DNA of 63,236 bases from a virus (taxonomy: Duplodnaviria > Caudoviricetes). The position numbers and the translations under genes are program-made. The DNA is taken from positions 1 through 63,236 of IMG/VR virus record IMGVR_UViG_3300043399_000170. One strand, written 5' to 3'. The notes below the pieces were generated by a model that had not been told where the DNA came from, ran no database searches, and saw nothing but the letters and a program-made list of their open reading frames with translations. Of the stretch, positions 26,618 to 36,631 are shown piece after piece; the first letter of the stretch is position 1, and every line of letters starts with the position of its first letter.

Positions 26618-28069
26618 CTACTTGTTTACGTTAACAAGTCTGCCGTCAGGAGTGAACATCGTGATGGAGGGGTCTGTGCCAGTAGCCTCACCATACTTGA
26701 GAAGCGCACCCTGCATCGCCCCTTCGGCACCCATGATCATCTGACGCACTTCTTCAATCTGCTTATCAAGCGCGGCAATATATGGATCGTTAGTCAGGTC
26801 GGGGCCGGGTTGACCCGGAAGAGCTTCTGGTAGGCTCTTGATGTATTCAATCTTGCGTCGCTCAAGGTTTGAAAGAAGATCACCAGCCACATCAAAACGG
26901 CTTCCGGCTTTTTCTGCATAGAACTTGTAGGCATCACGCTCGCGCTCAGCCCGAGATGCCTCCGCCTGTGCAGCCCTCTGCTGCTCATCAAGACGATACT
27001 CAAGCATTCCCTTCTCGATTTCGCTCTGACCCTGACGAGCGGCATCGCGATCAGCAAGTTCATACCTAAGCAGGGCTTCTGCCATAGCCTGCTGGTTTTC
27101 GCGTTCGGAAGCTCGTTCTTGCGCGAAACCGCCGCCAAGCGCCGAAAGTGCGTTGATAGCAGCCTGCATATTCGTCTGGTCTGGCTGGACAGCAGCCTGT
27201 GCAGCCGCAAACCACTTCTGAGCCTTTTCCCAGCTAGAGATGTCATTATTACCGTAAAGCTCTTCAAGCTTCTGCCTTACGTAAGCGCTGTCTTCCTCGC
27301 TATTGCCATAGATGGCCTCAAGGCTCTTACGATACTCGTCAAGAGACACAGCATTCTTATTCTGCGTAGATGTACCCTCTTTGCCAACGTCGGGATTTGG
27401 CGGAATGACGGGCGAGGCGGTCTGTGGAGCCCGCTGCATCGTCTGGCGCTCTTCTGTCGTCATGCCATAACGGTATGGCTCGGATGTCTGAGCGCTGACC
27501 TCGGCTTCGTCCTTAATCTGCGCCCTTTGTTCAGGGGTTGGATTGATGCCGTACTTGCCAATGTTTTCAAAGAACGGGCCGGTGTTTTCGCCAACATAAT
27601 CAATGACGCGAGAGATTAGTCCCTGATCAGGCACTTCACCGGCATAATAGTTACCAGCACCAGCGCGACCTCTAAAGGTTGGAGCAACATAGCCCTCAGA
27701 CGCGAAACGACGGACCATGCCGCCATCACGCATACTCTGCTGGAGCGTATCAATACCACCCTGCTCAGGCGGCATTTCAGGCTGCTGCATCTGTGGCATT
27801 TGCTGCTGCATCTGCGGCGGCGGCATTTGCGGCGGCTGTTGTGCCGGAGCCTGAATGTTCTGAGGCACATTCGAAAGCTGCTTTGTCAGGGTGTCAACAA
27901 CGGACTCCTGCGGGCCACCAGCGAACTGCTCGCGGATGGACTGACGGCGCTGAGCTTCGGCGGCGACAAGAAACGGAGGGATGTCACCAACCGGGTTCTG
28001 CATCAACATGCTGAGGCGGTCGTCGGGAAGGCCCTTGAGGAGGTCTTGCTGTTCAATGATGTTCGGCAT
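26618..28069 (-). CDS. Putative internal virion protein
   Basis: Gln/Pro-rich and coiled-coil; position before the giant gene. Confidence 0.7.
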   Translation of the reverse strand: MPNIIEQQDLLKGLPDDRLSMLMQNPVGDIPPFLVAAEAQRRQSIREQFAGGPQESVVDTLTKQLSNVPQNIQAPAQQPPQMPPPQMQQQMPQMQQPEMPPEQGGIDTLQQSMRDGGMVRRFASEGYVAPTFRGRAGAGNYYAGEVPDQGLISRVIDYVGENTGPFFENIGKYGINPTPEQRAQIKDEAEVSAQTSEPYRYGMTTEERQTMQRAPQTASPVIPPNPDVGKEGTSTQNKNAVSLDEYRKSLEAIYGNSEEDSAYVRQKLEELYGNNDISSWEKAQKWFAAAQAAVQPDQTNMQAAINALSALGGGFAQERASERENQQAMAEALLRYELADRDAARQGQSEIEKGMLEYRLDEQQRAAQAEASRAERERDAYKFYAEKAGSRFDVAGDLLSNLERRKIEYIKSLPEALPGQPGPDLTNDPYIAALDKQIEEVRQMIMGAEGAMQGALLKYGEATGTDPSITMFTPDGRLVNVNK

Positions 28070-28070
28070 A

Positions 28071-29180
28071 TTAGCGCTCGTACCTGTCGTAGTATTCGGG
28101 TTCCATGTCGGCTAGGCCACCGCCACGATAAACCATGCCACCATCTCGGAACATACTACCAATGCCCTGAGCAAGACCAGCGATAGCGCCAGCGCCGCCT
28201 AGGATGTTCTGGAAAGTGCTTGGATCGCTTTCACGAGTGGTAAGGTTCGGCTGATAGCCGCCAGACATGCCTCCCATAATGCCGCTCTGTCGCGCATACA
28301 CATCGAGCGGGTACATGCGCTGCTGAAGGTTGTAGTCCTGAAGGTACTGGCCACCCTGCTGGAGCGCATTCAGATCTGTGATCCGCATGTTCTTGCGCTG
28401 CTCCGCAAGAAGCGCCTGCTGACGGACGGCTTCCTGCTGGCCCTGAAGGCCCGCAAGCTCCGCTTCCTTCGCCGCAGCGATCTGCCCGGCGGTCTGCTGG
28501 CGAGCAGCCATGACGCCCTCAAGACCAGCCAACTGAGTCTGCTTGCCAAACTGGCGAGAGGCTTCCTCAAGCTGTTCGGCGCTCATGTTGTCGGCGCGTT
28601 CTTTGCCATACAGATTGACGGCAGATTCATATGCCGACTGAAGGTTCTGGGCATTCATATCGGCCATCTGCTCAAGGTAGTTGCGGCGAGCAACCTCTTC
28701 TTGAATGGCAGCGCCAGAGCCGCCAAAGGCACCAGCGCGTACGGCCTGTGCCTCACGCTCACCACGAGCCTCGTCATAGCCTTTCTTTAGACGAGCAGCA
28801 GCCCGCTGAGAAACAAGCTCCTCGTAAGGGCTCATACGCTCCTGAATATTCGGGGTCGTGTAGTCAGAACGAGAATACTGAGCCGGATCATACTGACCGG
28901 CAGTGCCATACATGCGCTCGATATCACCAAACTTGGTTTTCTGATATCTCCCGGCGTCGGCATATTCCTTATAAAGCTGGCCAGCCCTGTTCAAAGCCTG
29001 CTTTTGTTCCGGGGTTCCGTATTTCTTAAGCCCCGGAATGCCGCTCAGGTACTGCTTTGTGTATGTTGCGAGGTCGGGGTAACCAGCGGCGATAGCCTGC
29101 TGCCCAGCCTTTAGTGTTCCGCCAAGTGTCTGATTAACAAACTTGTTAATGGACTGGCCTGATTTAGTTTTCTCTACCAT
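28071..29180 (-). CDS. Putative DNA ejection / pilot protein
   Basis: MSPY...AGAFGGS..A; Gln/Ala-rich; C-terminal Gly-rich helix. Confidence 0.75.
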   Translation of the reverse strand: MVEKTKSGQSINKFVNQTLGGTLKAGQQAIAAGYPDLATYTKQYLSGIPGLKKYGTPEQKQALNRAGQLYKEYADAGRYQKTKFGDIERMYGTAGQYDPAQYSRSDYTTPNIQERMSPYEELVSQRAAARLKKGYDEARGEREAQAVRAGAFGGSGAAIQEEVARRNYLEQMADMNAQNLQSAYESAVNLYGKERADNMSAEQLEEASRQFGKQTQLAGLEGVMAARQQTAGQIAAAKEAELAGLQGQQEAVRQQALLAEQRKNMRITDLNALQQGGQYLQDYNLQQRMYPLDVYARQSGIMGGMSGGYQPNLTTRESDPSTFQNILGGAGAIAGLAQGIGSMFRDGGMVYRGGGLADMEPEYYDRYER

Positions 29181-29183
29181 ATC

Positions 29184-29870
29184 TTACACCGGGAGGAATT
29201 CGCTGGGGTTGATCGGTTCGGAGCCCATAATGCGCTCGGAACCTTCTTCACGGAGGCGGGCAACCATTGCATCGAGCACCTTGGCACCGGCTTCTGTCGA
29301 GCCATCGCCAAGTGTTGCAACGGCCCACGCCGGGATTACATATTCGCCACTGGCGATTCGGACATCTTCTCGACCGTCGATTGAACCCGGCACAAGATCT
29401 GCAACTCCGCTACCGGGGCCGCTCACAACGCCGCCATCTGCATAGGCCCGCATTAGCTCTGCGGTGGCGTCTGGGCCGAAAGTCTCGTCATAGGCTGCTA
29501 GGGCTTCGCGGGGACTAGGATGCTGGCCACGGAGCGCCGCAATACCGCTGGAAACGATGCCGCCCTTGTCGAGAGTCTGCTGTACGACACCACCAGCAGC
29601 CATCGCCTGACCGGCCTGCGGCCTCTGGTATGGCTGAAGCGGGGCAAGAGACTTGCCGCCTGTGCCGGTGGTTGAATTCATGCTGCTGCTCTGCTGCCCC
29701 GGCTGGTTGCCACCAAAGCCACCCATCTGGGGCGGAGGCGACCACTGAGACGGCTGGTTTTGAAGCCCGCCGATACCATCATTATAGTCGAAAGTCTGCT
29801 GATCCATAAGGTCTTGCGGGTTGTTGTATTGCGCAAGGCCGTAGTTCTGGGGGATGTTGTTAAAGTACAT
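29184..29870 (-). CDS. Putative virion protein
   Basis: GG.V.GPG.G..D.VP...GEYVIPA..V..LGDGS..AGA..L. Confidence 0.75.
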   Translation of the reverse strand: MYFNNIPQNYGLAQYNNPQDLMDQQTFDYNDGIGGLQNQPSQWSPPPQMGGFGGNQPGQQSSSMNSTTGTGGKSLAPLQPYQRPQAGQAMAAGGVVQQTLDKGGIVSSGIAALRGQHPSPREALAAYDETFGPDATAELMRAYADGGVVSGPGSGVADLVPGSIDGREDVRIASGEYVIPAWAVATLGDGSTEAGAKVLDAMVARLREEGSERIMGSEPINPSEFLPV

Positions 29871-29871
29871 T

Positions 29872-30129
29872 TTAGCTCACAATCTTTAAGATTCCGCCAT
29901 CGGACCAAACGCTACCGGAGGGCAATCCTGCTGAAGATGTCGGCACATTCACAATTGTTAACCCCGAAATCGGATATGCCGCCGTTTCGGTGGTGAGGTC
30001 TGATCCCACTGTAAGCGGGCGGACGGAATTGAAATTCCGGATAACAAGCTCCAACTGCTTGATCAGGCGGCTCATGTACTGCCGGTCATATTCGTCTGGA
30101 GGTAAGGGAAGTGCAGTGTTCGTCGTCAT
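29872..30129 (-). CDS. Small virion-associated protein
   Basis: LPLPP.EYD; PTS..GL..G.VW.DGG.LKI. Confidence 0.75.
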   Translation of the reverse strand: MTTNTALPLPPDEYDRQYMSRLIKQLELVIRNFNSVRPLTVGSDLTTETAAYPISGLTIVNVPTSSAGLPSGSVWSDGGILKIVS

Positions 30130-32315
30130 CTACGGCCATCCTGACGCATATCAAGCCTCGGCGTTCCCAGTCGCCATGCCACACCAGTCTCGTCGCTCTC
30201 AACGCGCAGCGCCACAGAACGGGCGCGTAGTCGTGTGAAGACTTGGTTGGTGAAGCGATTAACGGTAAGTGTTGCAGAGTTACTGCGCTGGACATCACGT
30301 TCATCACCGGCACCAATCTCTGCGCCGGGATAGTCCTGCGGCTTGATCGTGAACTTCACGATAGGCTGGTTGCCGTTGTTGGTTGTTGAGTTGCGGAATG
30401 TAAGGTCGGGGATCACACGATTGACAAACATGAAGTTGTTGCCATCTTGGATCTCAACCGGACTAGACTGGATGTATGCATTGACGGGGCTTGGAGGATT
30501 TGTTGAGCCATCATCAAAACCGAATTCCTGATTATACAGGTAGCCATCCGTGCTCACGGAGCGCGGATATGTATGACTACGACGGTCAATCCACGCTGTC
30601 CTAGCCATTGTGCCGTAATACCAAGCATTTTCGACGTAGTTGAACACAACATAGCGATCAACTTCACGAGCGCCCGGCGATCCACCCTGACTTTCAGACG
30701 GGTAGAACCAAATGATCTCATTGTTTCCGGAATCGCTTGAGCAATAAACCTTGTTGCCGTCTTCACGGCTCAGATCGAGGAACACATAGTCTCTTACAGT
30801 ACACGGCAGAACTTGGATCTTACCGTCATACATGAAGAAGTTATTTGATCCCATCCAATATGCAACGGAGCCGCTGACGATCTTCGAATTGGGGCCAATG
30901 ATGTCAAAGTTTGCGCCAATAAGATTAAAGCCATACCCATACGGCGAGCCGGTGTAGACCATTGAGAATAGCGAAGAGTCCGTCCAGATGAGGATTTCTT
31001 CGCGGTTCTGGACTGCGGTGACAATATAAGACCCCGAAGACAGCCTCGTTTCACCAGATGTCGTTGTCGTGTCTGATGCATCCCAGTTCGTCGGATCTGA
31101 CGAATCAGACCACCGCACAATCATTGGATCTTGAGGCTGCGTTGTGTCGAACGGATTGCAGCCAAACGCAATGATCTGACGGTTCTGGTCGGACACCATG
31201 ATTTCTTTAGCAACATACGGCAGATACTGCTTGGCATAAGCAGATCCAAGTTCGCTAAAGCTGATTGCGGGGCCGTCAAGATCGTTGACATCCCAGTAGA
31301 TAAGAGATGATGTGTATGTGTAAGAGTCCGTGCCGCCAGTCGCATTTGATGTTGCGGCGTTTGCAACAACGAATGAGAATGCGTTGGCATTGATTACAGA
31401 TATTTCGTGCGTTCCATTAAGCTGACCGACCGGCACACCACCAATGTCGCCACCAACATCGCTGATGATGATTGCAGTTCCGTTTGAGTACCCATGATTG
31501 ACTTGCGTGACAGTCACCACATTGCTGGTATTAGACGTTGAAATCGGGTTTGTGCCGAGCTTGTAACTGTTCATTACATCTCGCGGACACGCAACCATGT
31601 CTTCGCCGTAGTTGTCAACGCTCCACAGGCCATCGCTGTATGTGATCGTTGCCATGCCATTAGTGGTCGGGCCATAGCCCCAGCCATACTGGCCAGAAAT
31701 GCCGCCCCATGGACCAGAGCCCCAACCAGTATAGGCTACAGTTCCGCTTGCTCCGGGGTGAAACTGATACTTTACAGACACAGAAGATCCGCCGCCAGAC
31801 CCTGTTGCATTAGCCGTGCCGGTCGTAACAACGCTGTAGGCGTTTGCATTGGCAACAGCCGTGACGACAAACTCTTTGTTTATCTCTGTAGAGAGGATCC
31901 CGTTTACATTCGAAGACCCCGAAACAGTGATATAGTCACCAACCACAGCGCCGTGATTTACATCTGTGATCGTGATTTCACTTGAGGTATTCGCTGTTGC
32001 AATTGGATCTGTACCAAGCGTGACGGAACGGCGAAGCGGGGTGATGTCGATAATGCTGGCGGAGTTATCAACGTAGAACTTCACGTTCGTCGGGATTGCC
32101 AGATACTTGTTGCCGACAATGTCGGACCAGTCATACATCTTCCGGCACTTTCCAATAAGCGCCGTTTGATTTGCATAAACCTTCGTCCAGCCGCCAATCT
32201 TCTCTGGCATGCCATTTCGAAAACGTACATAATCGGAATCAAACCAACCACCAGTATTGGTGTAATTGGTCCCATCCCGATTGATGCCGGGTCTGAATGA
32301 AAGCTTAGTGAGCAT
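30126..32315 (-). CDS. Tail tubular B / nozzle (head-closure) protein
   Basis: RFR.G.PEKIGGW, VRWSD, RTAW.D, R.R.R...WRLG..R.D...DGRR; two NHG beta inserts. Confidence 0.75.
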   Translation of the reverse strand: MLTKLSFRPGINRDGTNYTNTGGWFDSDYVRFRNGMPEKIGGWTKVYANQTALIGKCRKMYDWSDIVGNKYLAIPTNVKFYVDNSASIIDITPLRRSVTLGTDPIATANTSSEITITDVNHGAVVGDYITVSGSSNVNGILSTEINKEFVVTAVANANAYSVVTTGTANATGSGGGSSVSVKYQFHPGASGTVAYTGWGSGPWGGISGQYGWGYGPTTNGMATITYSDGLWSVDNYGEDMVACPRDVMNSYKLGTNPISTSNTSNVVTVTQVNHGYSNGTAIIISDVGGDIGGVPVGQLNGTHEISVINANAFSFVVANAATSNATGGTDSYTYTSSLIYWDVNDLDGPAISFSELGSAYAKQYLPYVAKEIMVSDQNRQIIAFGCNPFDTTQPQDPMIVRWSDSSDPTNWDASDTTTTSGETRLSSGSYIVTAVQNREEILIWTDSSLFSMVYTGSPYGYGFNLIGANFDIIGPNSKIVSGSVAYWMGSNNFFMYDGKIQVLPCTVRDYVFLDLSREDGNKVYCSSDSGNNEIIWFYPSESQGGSPGAREVDRYVVFNYVENAWYYGTMARTAWIDRRSHTYPRSVSTDGYLYNQEFGFDDGSTNPPSPVNAYIQSSPVEIQDGNNFMFVNRVIPDLTFRNSTTNNGNQPIVKFTIKPQDYPGAEIGAGDERDVQRSNSATLTVNRFTNQVFTRLRARSVALRVESDETGVAWRLGTPRLDMRQDGRR

Positions 32316-32326
32316 TTAATGCTCCG

Positions 32327-32683
32327 TCAGGAAAGGTTCTTCAGCTTGTACAGTGTCGTAAGGTACAGGCCAACAATCTCATCGATGATGTTTTCGAGAG
32401 CGGGAACGCCGTGAGCGATCTTGGTGCGATTCTTTGAAATCCAATTAGCATCGTCTGTCAGGTTTTTGACGATCTCGACGGACTCATCCTTGCACGCAAG
32501 GTTTACGTGGCCAATAATCGACTTCGAACCCTGACAGGCTTCGACAAGCTTATCCAAAAGATCAATAAGGCTGTCGTAGAAATCACCAAGCGCCTGATGC
32601 TCAGCGTATGATTTAGTCTTCCAGTGTGCAAGATGCGCCTGATTGCGCGTCTTGAAACACATTGCGATCATGTCTTCAATCAC
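32327..32683 (-). CDS. Ferritin/Dps-like four-helix protein (DUF5856-like)
   Basis: H..HW.T.SYA.H.AL..FYD...E..QG...NI.DEI...YKL. Confidence 0.75.
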   Translation of the reverse strand: MIEDMIAMCFKTRNQAHLAHWKTKSYAEHQALGDFYDSLIDLLDKLVEACQGSKSIIGHVNLACKDESVEIVKNLTDDANWISKNRTKIAHGVPALENIIDEIVGLYLTTLYKLKNLS

Positions 32684-32970
32684 GGCTCACCTCGTTCATC
32701 GCACCACGCATCGACCTGAGCCTCAACAACCTCATTTGGGATCGGAGGTGTTGTCGGGTGTAGCGCATTGATGCCCAACTGGCGCTCCTTTAGTGTAGCA
32801 CGAGTAAGCTGAACAACGGAGTCGGGGAGGTAGAACTCACGAACATCGTCATTCTGAGTTGTGCCGACAAGTGTGAAATTGTCAACATTATAGAAGTAGC
32901 CGCCGTCCAAAACCCAGTCCGGGGCATACATACCACCCGGACCCATATGGAGCTTATATTCGATGATCAT
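32680..32970 (-). CDS. Hypothetical protein
   Basis: Coupled ORF; EYKL...P.WV.DGGY. Confidence 0.7.
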   Translation of the reverse strand: MIIEYKLHMGPGGMYAPDWVLDGGYFYNVDNFTLVGTTQNDDVREFYLPDSVVQLTRATLKERQLGINALHPTTPPIPNEVVEAQVDAWCDERGEP

Positions 32971-33764
32971 TTGTTTACGTTCCTCATCATGTAGTCGCTG
33001 TTCGTGAAATCAGCCTTGCCGAATAGGCGCATTGAAGCCTCATCGGCGCAGTGCTTGTACTTGTCAGCCATGGCGTCAAGGAAGTCCTCCATATTGGAGG
33101 CCGTTATCATTTCGCCGTTCTTGATCGCATCGTTGACGGCGGCAATGTACTGCGTCACCTCAGCAAGCGCTAATTGTACGTGGACGCCGTACTGCTGGAG
33201 ATACTCAATTGTGGCTTCGTGAGCGCGGCCACCCTGAATCAGGTTGCGATAGAGAAGTTCAAAACCCCGACGAACGTGATGGCGCTTCTCTTCGTCTTCA
33301 AATGAACGCTCATCCCAGTCATCAATCTGATGAGTTGCCTTGATGCTGTCATAGGCATCAATCAGCGTGGCGATGTCCTTGAGGGAGCCATTGATCTTAC
33401 CCTCCATAGAATCGAGGCTGATGTTCTTCAGCCTGAGTTCGGCATCCTCCACGGGACCGCGATCCTTCTCGGAAAGCTCGCGTATCTCATTGACAAGCTT
33501 GGCGTGTGAAAGCTGGGCTTCTGCCAAAGCCATCTTGCGCCGCTCAACTTCAGCCAGAATCTGACGAAGTAGTCGCATTGGCGACTGACCATTGAGCATG
33601 GTCAGCGTCATCATGGAGATGGTTGTCTGCGAGTTATTGCGGTCGAAGATTTTTGTCTTCTCGGCAAGCTCGGGCATGCGCTCAGATACGCGAGCAACAG
33701 CGGCGCTATTTATTGAAGAGATCGCCGGGAGAGAAAAGGAGATGGTGGATAGTTGGTTTTTCAT
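32967..33764 (-). CDS. Coiled-coil protein next to the repeat proteins (possible fibre chaperone)
   Basis: SP.R.LRQ..AE...AL.EA; DWDE..FE.EE. Confidence 0.7.
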   Translation of the reverse strand: MKNQLSTISFSLPAISSINSAAVARVSERMPELAEKTKIFDRNNSQTTISMMTLTMLNGQSPMRLLRQILAEVERRKMALAEAQLSHAKLVNEIRELSEKDRGPVEDAELRLKNISLDSMEGKINGSLKDIATLIDAYDSIKATHQIDDWDERSFEDEEKRHHVRRGFELLYRNLIQGGRAHEATIEYLQQYGVHVQLALAEVTQYIAAVNDAIKNGEMITASNMEDFLDAMADKYKHCADEASMRLFGKADFTNSDYMMRNVNK

Positions 33765-33766
33765 TT

Positions 33767-34765
33767 TTATCCGAAGAAGCCAGAACAGGCGGCCAAGCCT
33801 GATCTTGAGGTTGTAAGATTTCCAAAATTTGCTGCGTTTCCTGTTGTCTCTATTGTCACATACGATATGACAATTGTATTAGTTGATTCGTTATTGCCTC
33901 CACCAAAAACACCCCTTGATCCGTTTGATGTTGCGGGCAATTGAGATGTTTTTAAAGTCAAGTCTCCAAAGTCAGTAGCGTTTCCTGTCGTGGATATTGT
34001 TATGTAATCTATGATATTTGTGTATGTTGTCCCGCTCGGCCCTTGACCACCGGCAAATAAGCCACGCCCACCCCCAGAGCACGACGCCAAATCCCATCTG
34101 GCCACGGTAAGATCACCAAAATCTACAGAGTTCCCCGTAGTAGACATTGTAATATACGAAATGATATTTGACTGCACGCCACTCGCTGACCCGCCACCAA
34201 AAACACCACGGCTACCATTAGAGCAGGCTGCCATCCTTAGTAGTGGGCTACCAGAATAAAGGTCGCCAAAATCAATTGCGTTTCCGACTGTATTGATTGT
34301 AATATAGTCAATTACGTTACTGTTACTTCCACCGCCAAAAACACCACGGCTTCCATTTGAGCACCCAGCAAGTTGTTGTCTTGCAACGGTCAACGAACCA
34401 AATGATAGTGCATTTCCGAGTGTTTGAAAAGTTATATAGTCAATTACGCTAAAAACACTGAAGCTTTCGCCACCGCCAAAAACTCCTCGAAAACCGCTTG
34501 AACATGCAGCTAAACTATATCTAGCTTGAGTTAAATCTCCAAAGTCAGACGCACCTCCAATGGTAGATATTGTTATGTAATCAATTATGTTGACGGCGGT
34601 GTTGGTATATCCTCCACCAAATGTTCCACGATCCACAAACGGAGCCAACGGCCAAATACCATCAAGCACAGCCAAGCCCTGCTCCGGCAATCCCCAGATG
34701 CCAGAGGCAGAGTTTTGTGTCGGGAGATTCTCGGGGCCGATAATGCCGCCATTCCATCGTGTCAT
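33767..34765 (-). CDS. Beta-propeller-like repeat protein 2 (putative receptor-binding or tail appendage)
   Basis: About 7 repeats RG.FGGG..N.IDYITI.T.GNA.DFGDL...R..LA.CS. Confidence 0.75.
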   Translation of the reverse strand: MTRWNGGIIGPENLPTQNSASGIWGLPEQGLAVLDGIWPLAPFVDRGTFGGGYTNTAVNIIDYITISTIGGASDFGDLTQARYSLAACSSGFRGVFGGGESFSVFSVIDYITFQTLGNALSFGSLTVARQQLAGCSNGSRGVFGGGSNSNVIDYITINTVGNAIDFGDLYSGSPLLRMAACSNGSRGVFGGGSASGVQSNIISYITMSTTGNSVDFGDLTVARWDLASCSGGGRGLFAGGQGPSGTTYTNIIDYITISTTGNATDFGDLTLKTSQLPATSNGSRGVFGGGNNESTNTIVISYVTIETTGNAANFGNLTTSRSGLAACSGFFG

Positions 34766-35793
34766 GATGTGGCTCCAAAATAGCCAGAACAGGAAGAGAG
34801 TGAAACGCTATTCCTTGTCAGATCTCCAAAATCTGTAGCATTTCCAGTTGTTGAAATCGTTATGTAGTCAATGATGTTTGTGGCAACGCCAGATGTATTG
34901 TAACCACCTCCCCAAACACCTCTTTGCCCATTTGAGCATCCAGAAATAGATCGTCTAGCAACACTAAGGTCGCCAAAATCGACAGCGTTGCCAGTTGTTG
35001 CTATTGTTATGTAGTCTATAACATTTGAGGAGTTGCTATTATCAAATCCGCCTCCAAAAACACCTCTTGTCCCATTCGATGATGAGGCAAGCAAATACCG
35101 AACAAGGGTCAAATCGCCAAAGTCAACTGCATTCCCGTTGGTGGAAATTGCTACATAATCAATTACATTCACTCTGGTGGCTCCAGCCCCAGTACCGCCT
35201 CCGCCAAAAACACCGCGATTTCCACCGGCACAAGATGCTGGACCCTGCCTAGCGATGGTCAGACTTCCAAAAGATTGGGAATTACCAGTTGTCGCTATTG
35301 TTATATATTCGATTGTGGCTGAATTTGAACCCGTGCTAGTTGTTGTATTTCCGCCGCCAAATAATCCTGTAGTGCCGTTTGAGCATGCAGCGAGGTCTGT
35401 CTTAGCTGTACTCAAGCTACCAAAGCTGGTCGAATTCCCAAGAGAAGATATTGAAACATATTGAATGCTATTAGATATACTTCCAGAGACATTGCCGCCA
35501 GCAAAAACCCCCCTTGATAAATTTGAGCAAGCAGCTAGGGATTGGGTATTAGCAGTAAGGTCACCAAAATCAGTAGCATTTCCAGTTGTTGATATTGTTA
35601 TGTAATCAATAACATTTGAGGCTGCAGATCCTGTATACCCACCTGCAAAAAGACCACGATCCACAGCGACACCACCGGGCCACGCTCCAGAGCCTTGATT
35701 GGTGAATTGCTCAGGCAAGCCCCAAGCGCCCGACGCCAATAATGAGCCGGGATTATTCGTGACGCCGATTACTCCGCCGTTCCAGCGAACCAT
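34762..35793 (-). CDS. Beta-propeller-like repeat protein 1 (paralog of 33767-34765)
   Basis: Same repeats; N-terminal RWNGG.IG and WGLPEQ..WP. Confidence 0.75.
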   Translation of the reverse strand: MVRWNGGVIGVTNNPGSLLASGAWGLPEQFTNQGSGAWPGGVAVDRGLFAGGYTGSAASNVIDYITISTTGNATDFGDLTANTQSLAACSNLSRGVFAGGNVSGSISNSIQYVSISSLGNSTSFGSLSTAKTDLAACSNGTTGLFGGGNTTTSTGSNSATIEYITIATTGNSQSFGSLTIARQGPASCAGGNRGVFGGGGTGAGATRVNVIDYVAISTNGNAVDFGDLTLVRYLLASSSNGTRGVFGGGFDNSNSSNVIDYITIATTGNAVDFGDLSVARRSISGCSNGQRGVWGGGYNTSGVATNIIDYITISTTGNATDFGDLTRNSVSLSSCSGYFGATS

Positions 35794-36167
35794 TACGCAA
35801 TCTCTTCATACGAGCATACAATTTCAAGGTCACCAGCGGCACTCGCAATAGCGCCAATTGACTTGTCCTCTTCGAGGTAGACCATAGAAGTCTTGTCAAT
35901 CACAACGAGCGTAGAGTCAGCGGGCACCGTGATGGTGTTTGCCAGCTTATACGGCGTACCGCCCAGAGCGGCTGCGCTATAAATCGACACCGTGATGGAA
36001 GCGTTGTTTGTGCCGTCCACGTTCGACACAACAAGCGAATTGACCTTCAGCACCTTGCCAGACGAGGCGGCATTGCTAAGGACGCTCGTGGCGTTCGTCG
36101 TGGAAAGCGCCACATACGTCGTCTTGCCAGTGATTGTGGTCGGAGAAAGAAGATTAGGCGCAGCCAT
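35793..36167 (-). CDS. Tail fibre-associated adaptor
   Basis: MAAPN...ITGKT...NVDG...VPAD.TL...YLEE..SYEEI. Confidence 0.7.
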   Translation of the reverse strand: MAAPNLLSPTTITGKTTYVALSTTNATSVLSNAASSGKVLKVNSLVVSNVDGTNNASITVSIYSAAALGGTPYKLANTITVPADSTLVVIDKTSMVYLEEDKSIGAIASAAGDLEIVCSYEEIA

Positions 36168-36169
36168 TT

Positions 36170-36628
36170 TTAGCTCCCGAAGAGAAGGGCCATAGCAAAG
36201 GCAGAGCCGCCGCCAGACCCAGATGATTGAATAAGATTGACATCAGTTCCGTCCACGTAAACAAAGTACGTGGATCCATTCGGCACCGTAACGCCGGTCT
36301 GGCCGCTCACCTTGAAGGTTACATCCTTGCCGCCTGTCGTTGAGTTCTTGACGACATAAAGCTTCTCAATCGCCGGGCAGATGACATTACGCGCCGCAGA
36401 GATCGTGCCGATGAGATTGATGACCATGTTGCGGGACTGGTCGGCAGCGCCATTGTTGGTGGTCAGCGTCGTGTCGCCAACGTCTGAAACTGTAACGGAG
36501 ACGTAACCGCCAATTGCCTCCTCAAGCAATGTGCCGAGGTTAGTATTGGTTGTTGCGCCCCATGTACCCTGCTGCTCACCAGTACCGATAAGCTCAAGAC
36601 GAAGATTAGGAGAGAATGTTGATGCCAT
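36170..36628 (-). CDS. Short tail fibre anchor protein
   Basis: L.LELIGTGEQ.GTWG.TTN.NL; ends AFAMALLFGS. Confidence 0.7.
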   Translation of the reverse strand: MASTFSPNLRLELIGTGEQQGTWGATTNTNLGTLLEEAIGGYVSVTVSDVGDTTLTTNNGAADQSRNMVINLIGTISAARNVICPAIEKLYVVKNSTTGGKDVTFKVSGQTGVTVPNGSTYFVYVDGTDVNLIQSSGSGGGSAFAMALLFGS

Positions 36629-36631
36629 TTT

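Noticed and set aside
21031-29029. Many 60-190 aa ORFs inside the ejection-protein genes
   Set aside because: Shadow or alternative frames with no recognisable domain, unlike the EndoVII ORF in the intein
33767-35793. Possible CRISPR array or DGR template/variable repeats
   Set aside because: The repeats are degenerate in-frame protein repeats; no cas genes or reverse transcriptase, and no adenine-specific pattern seen
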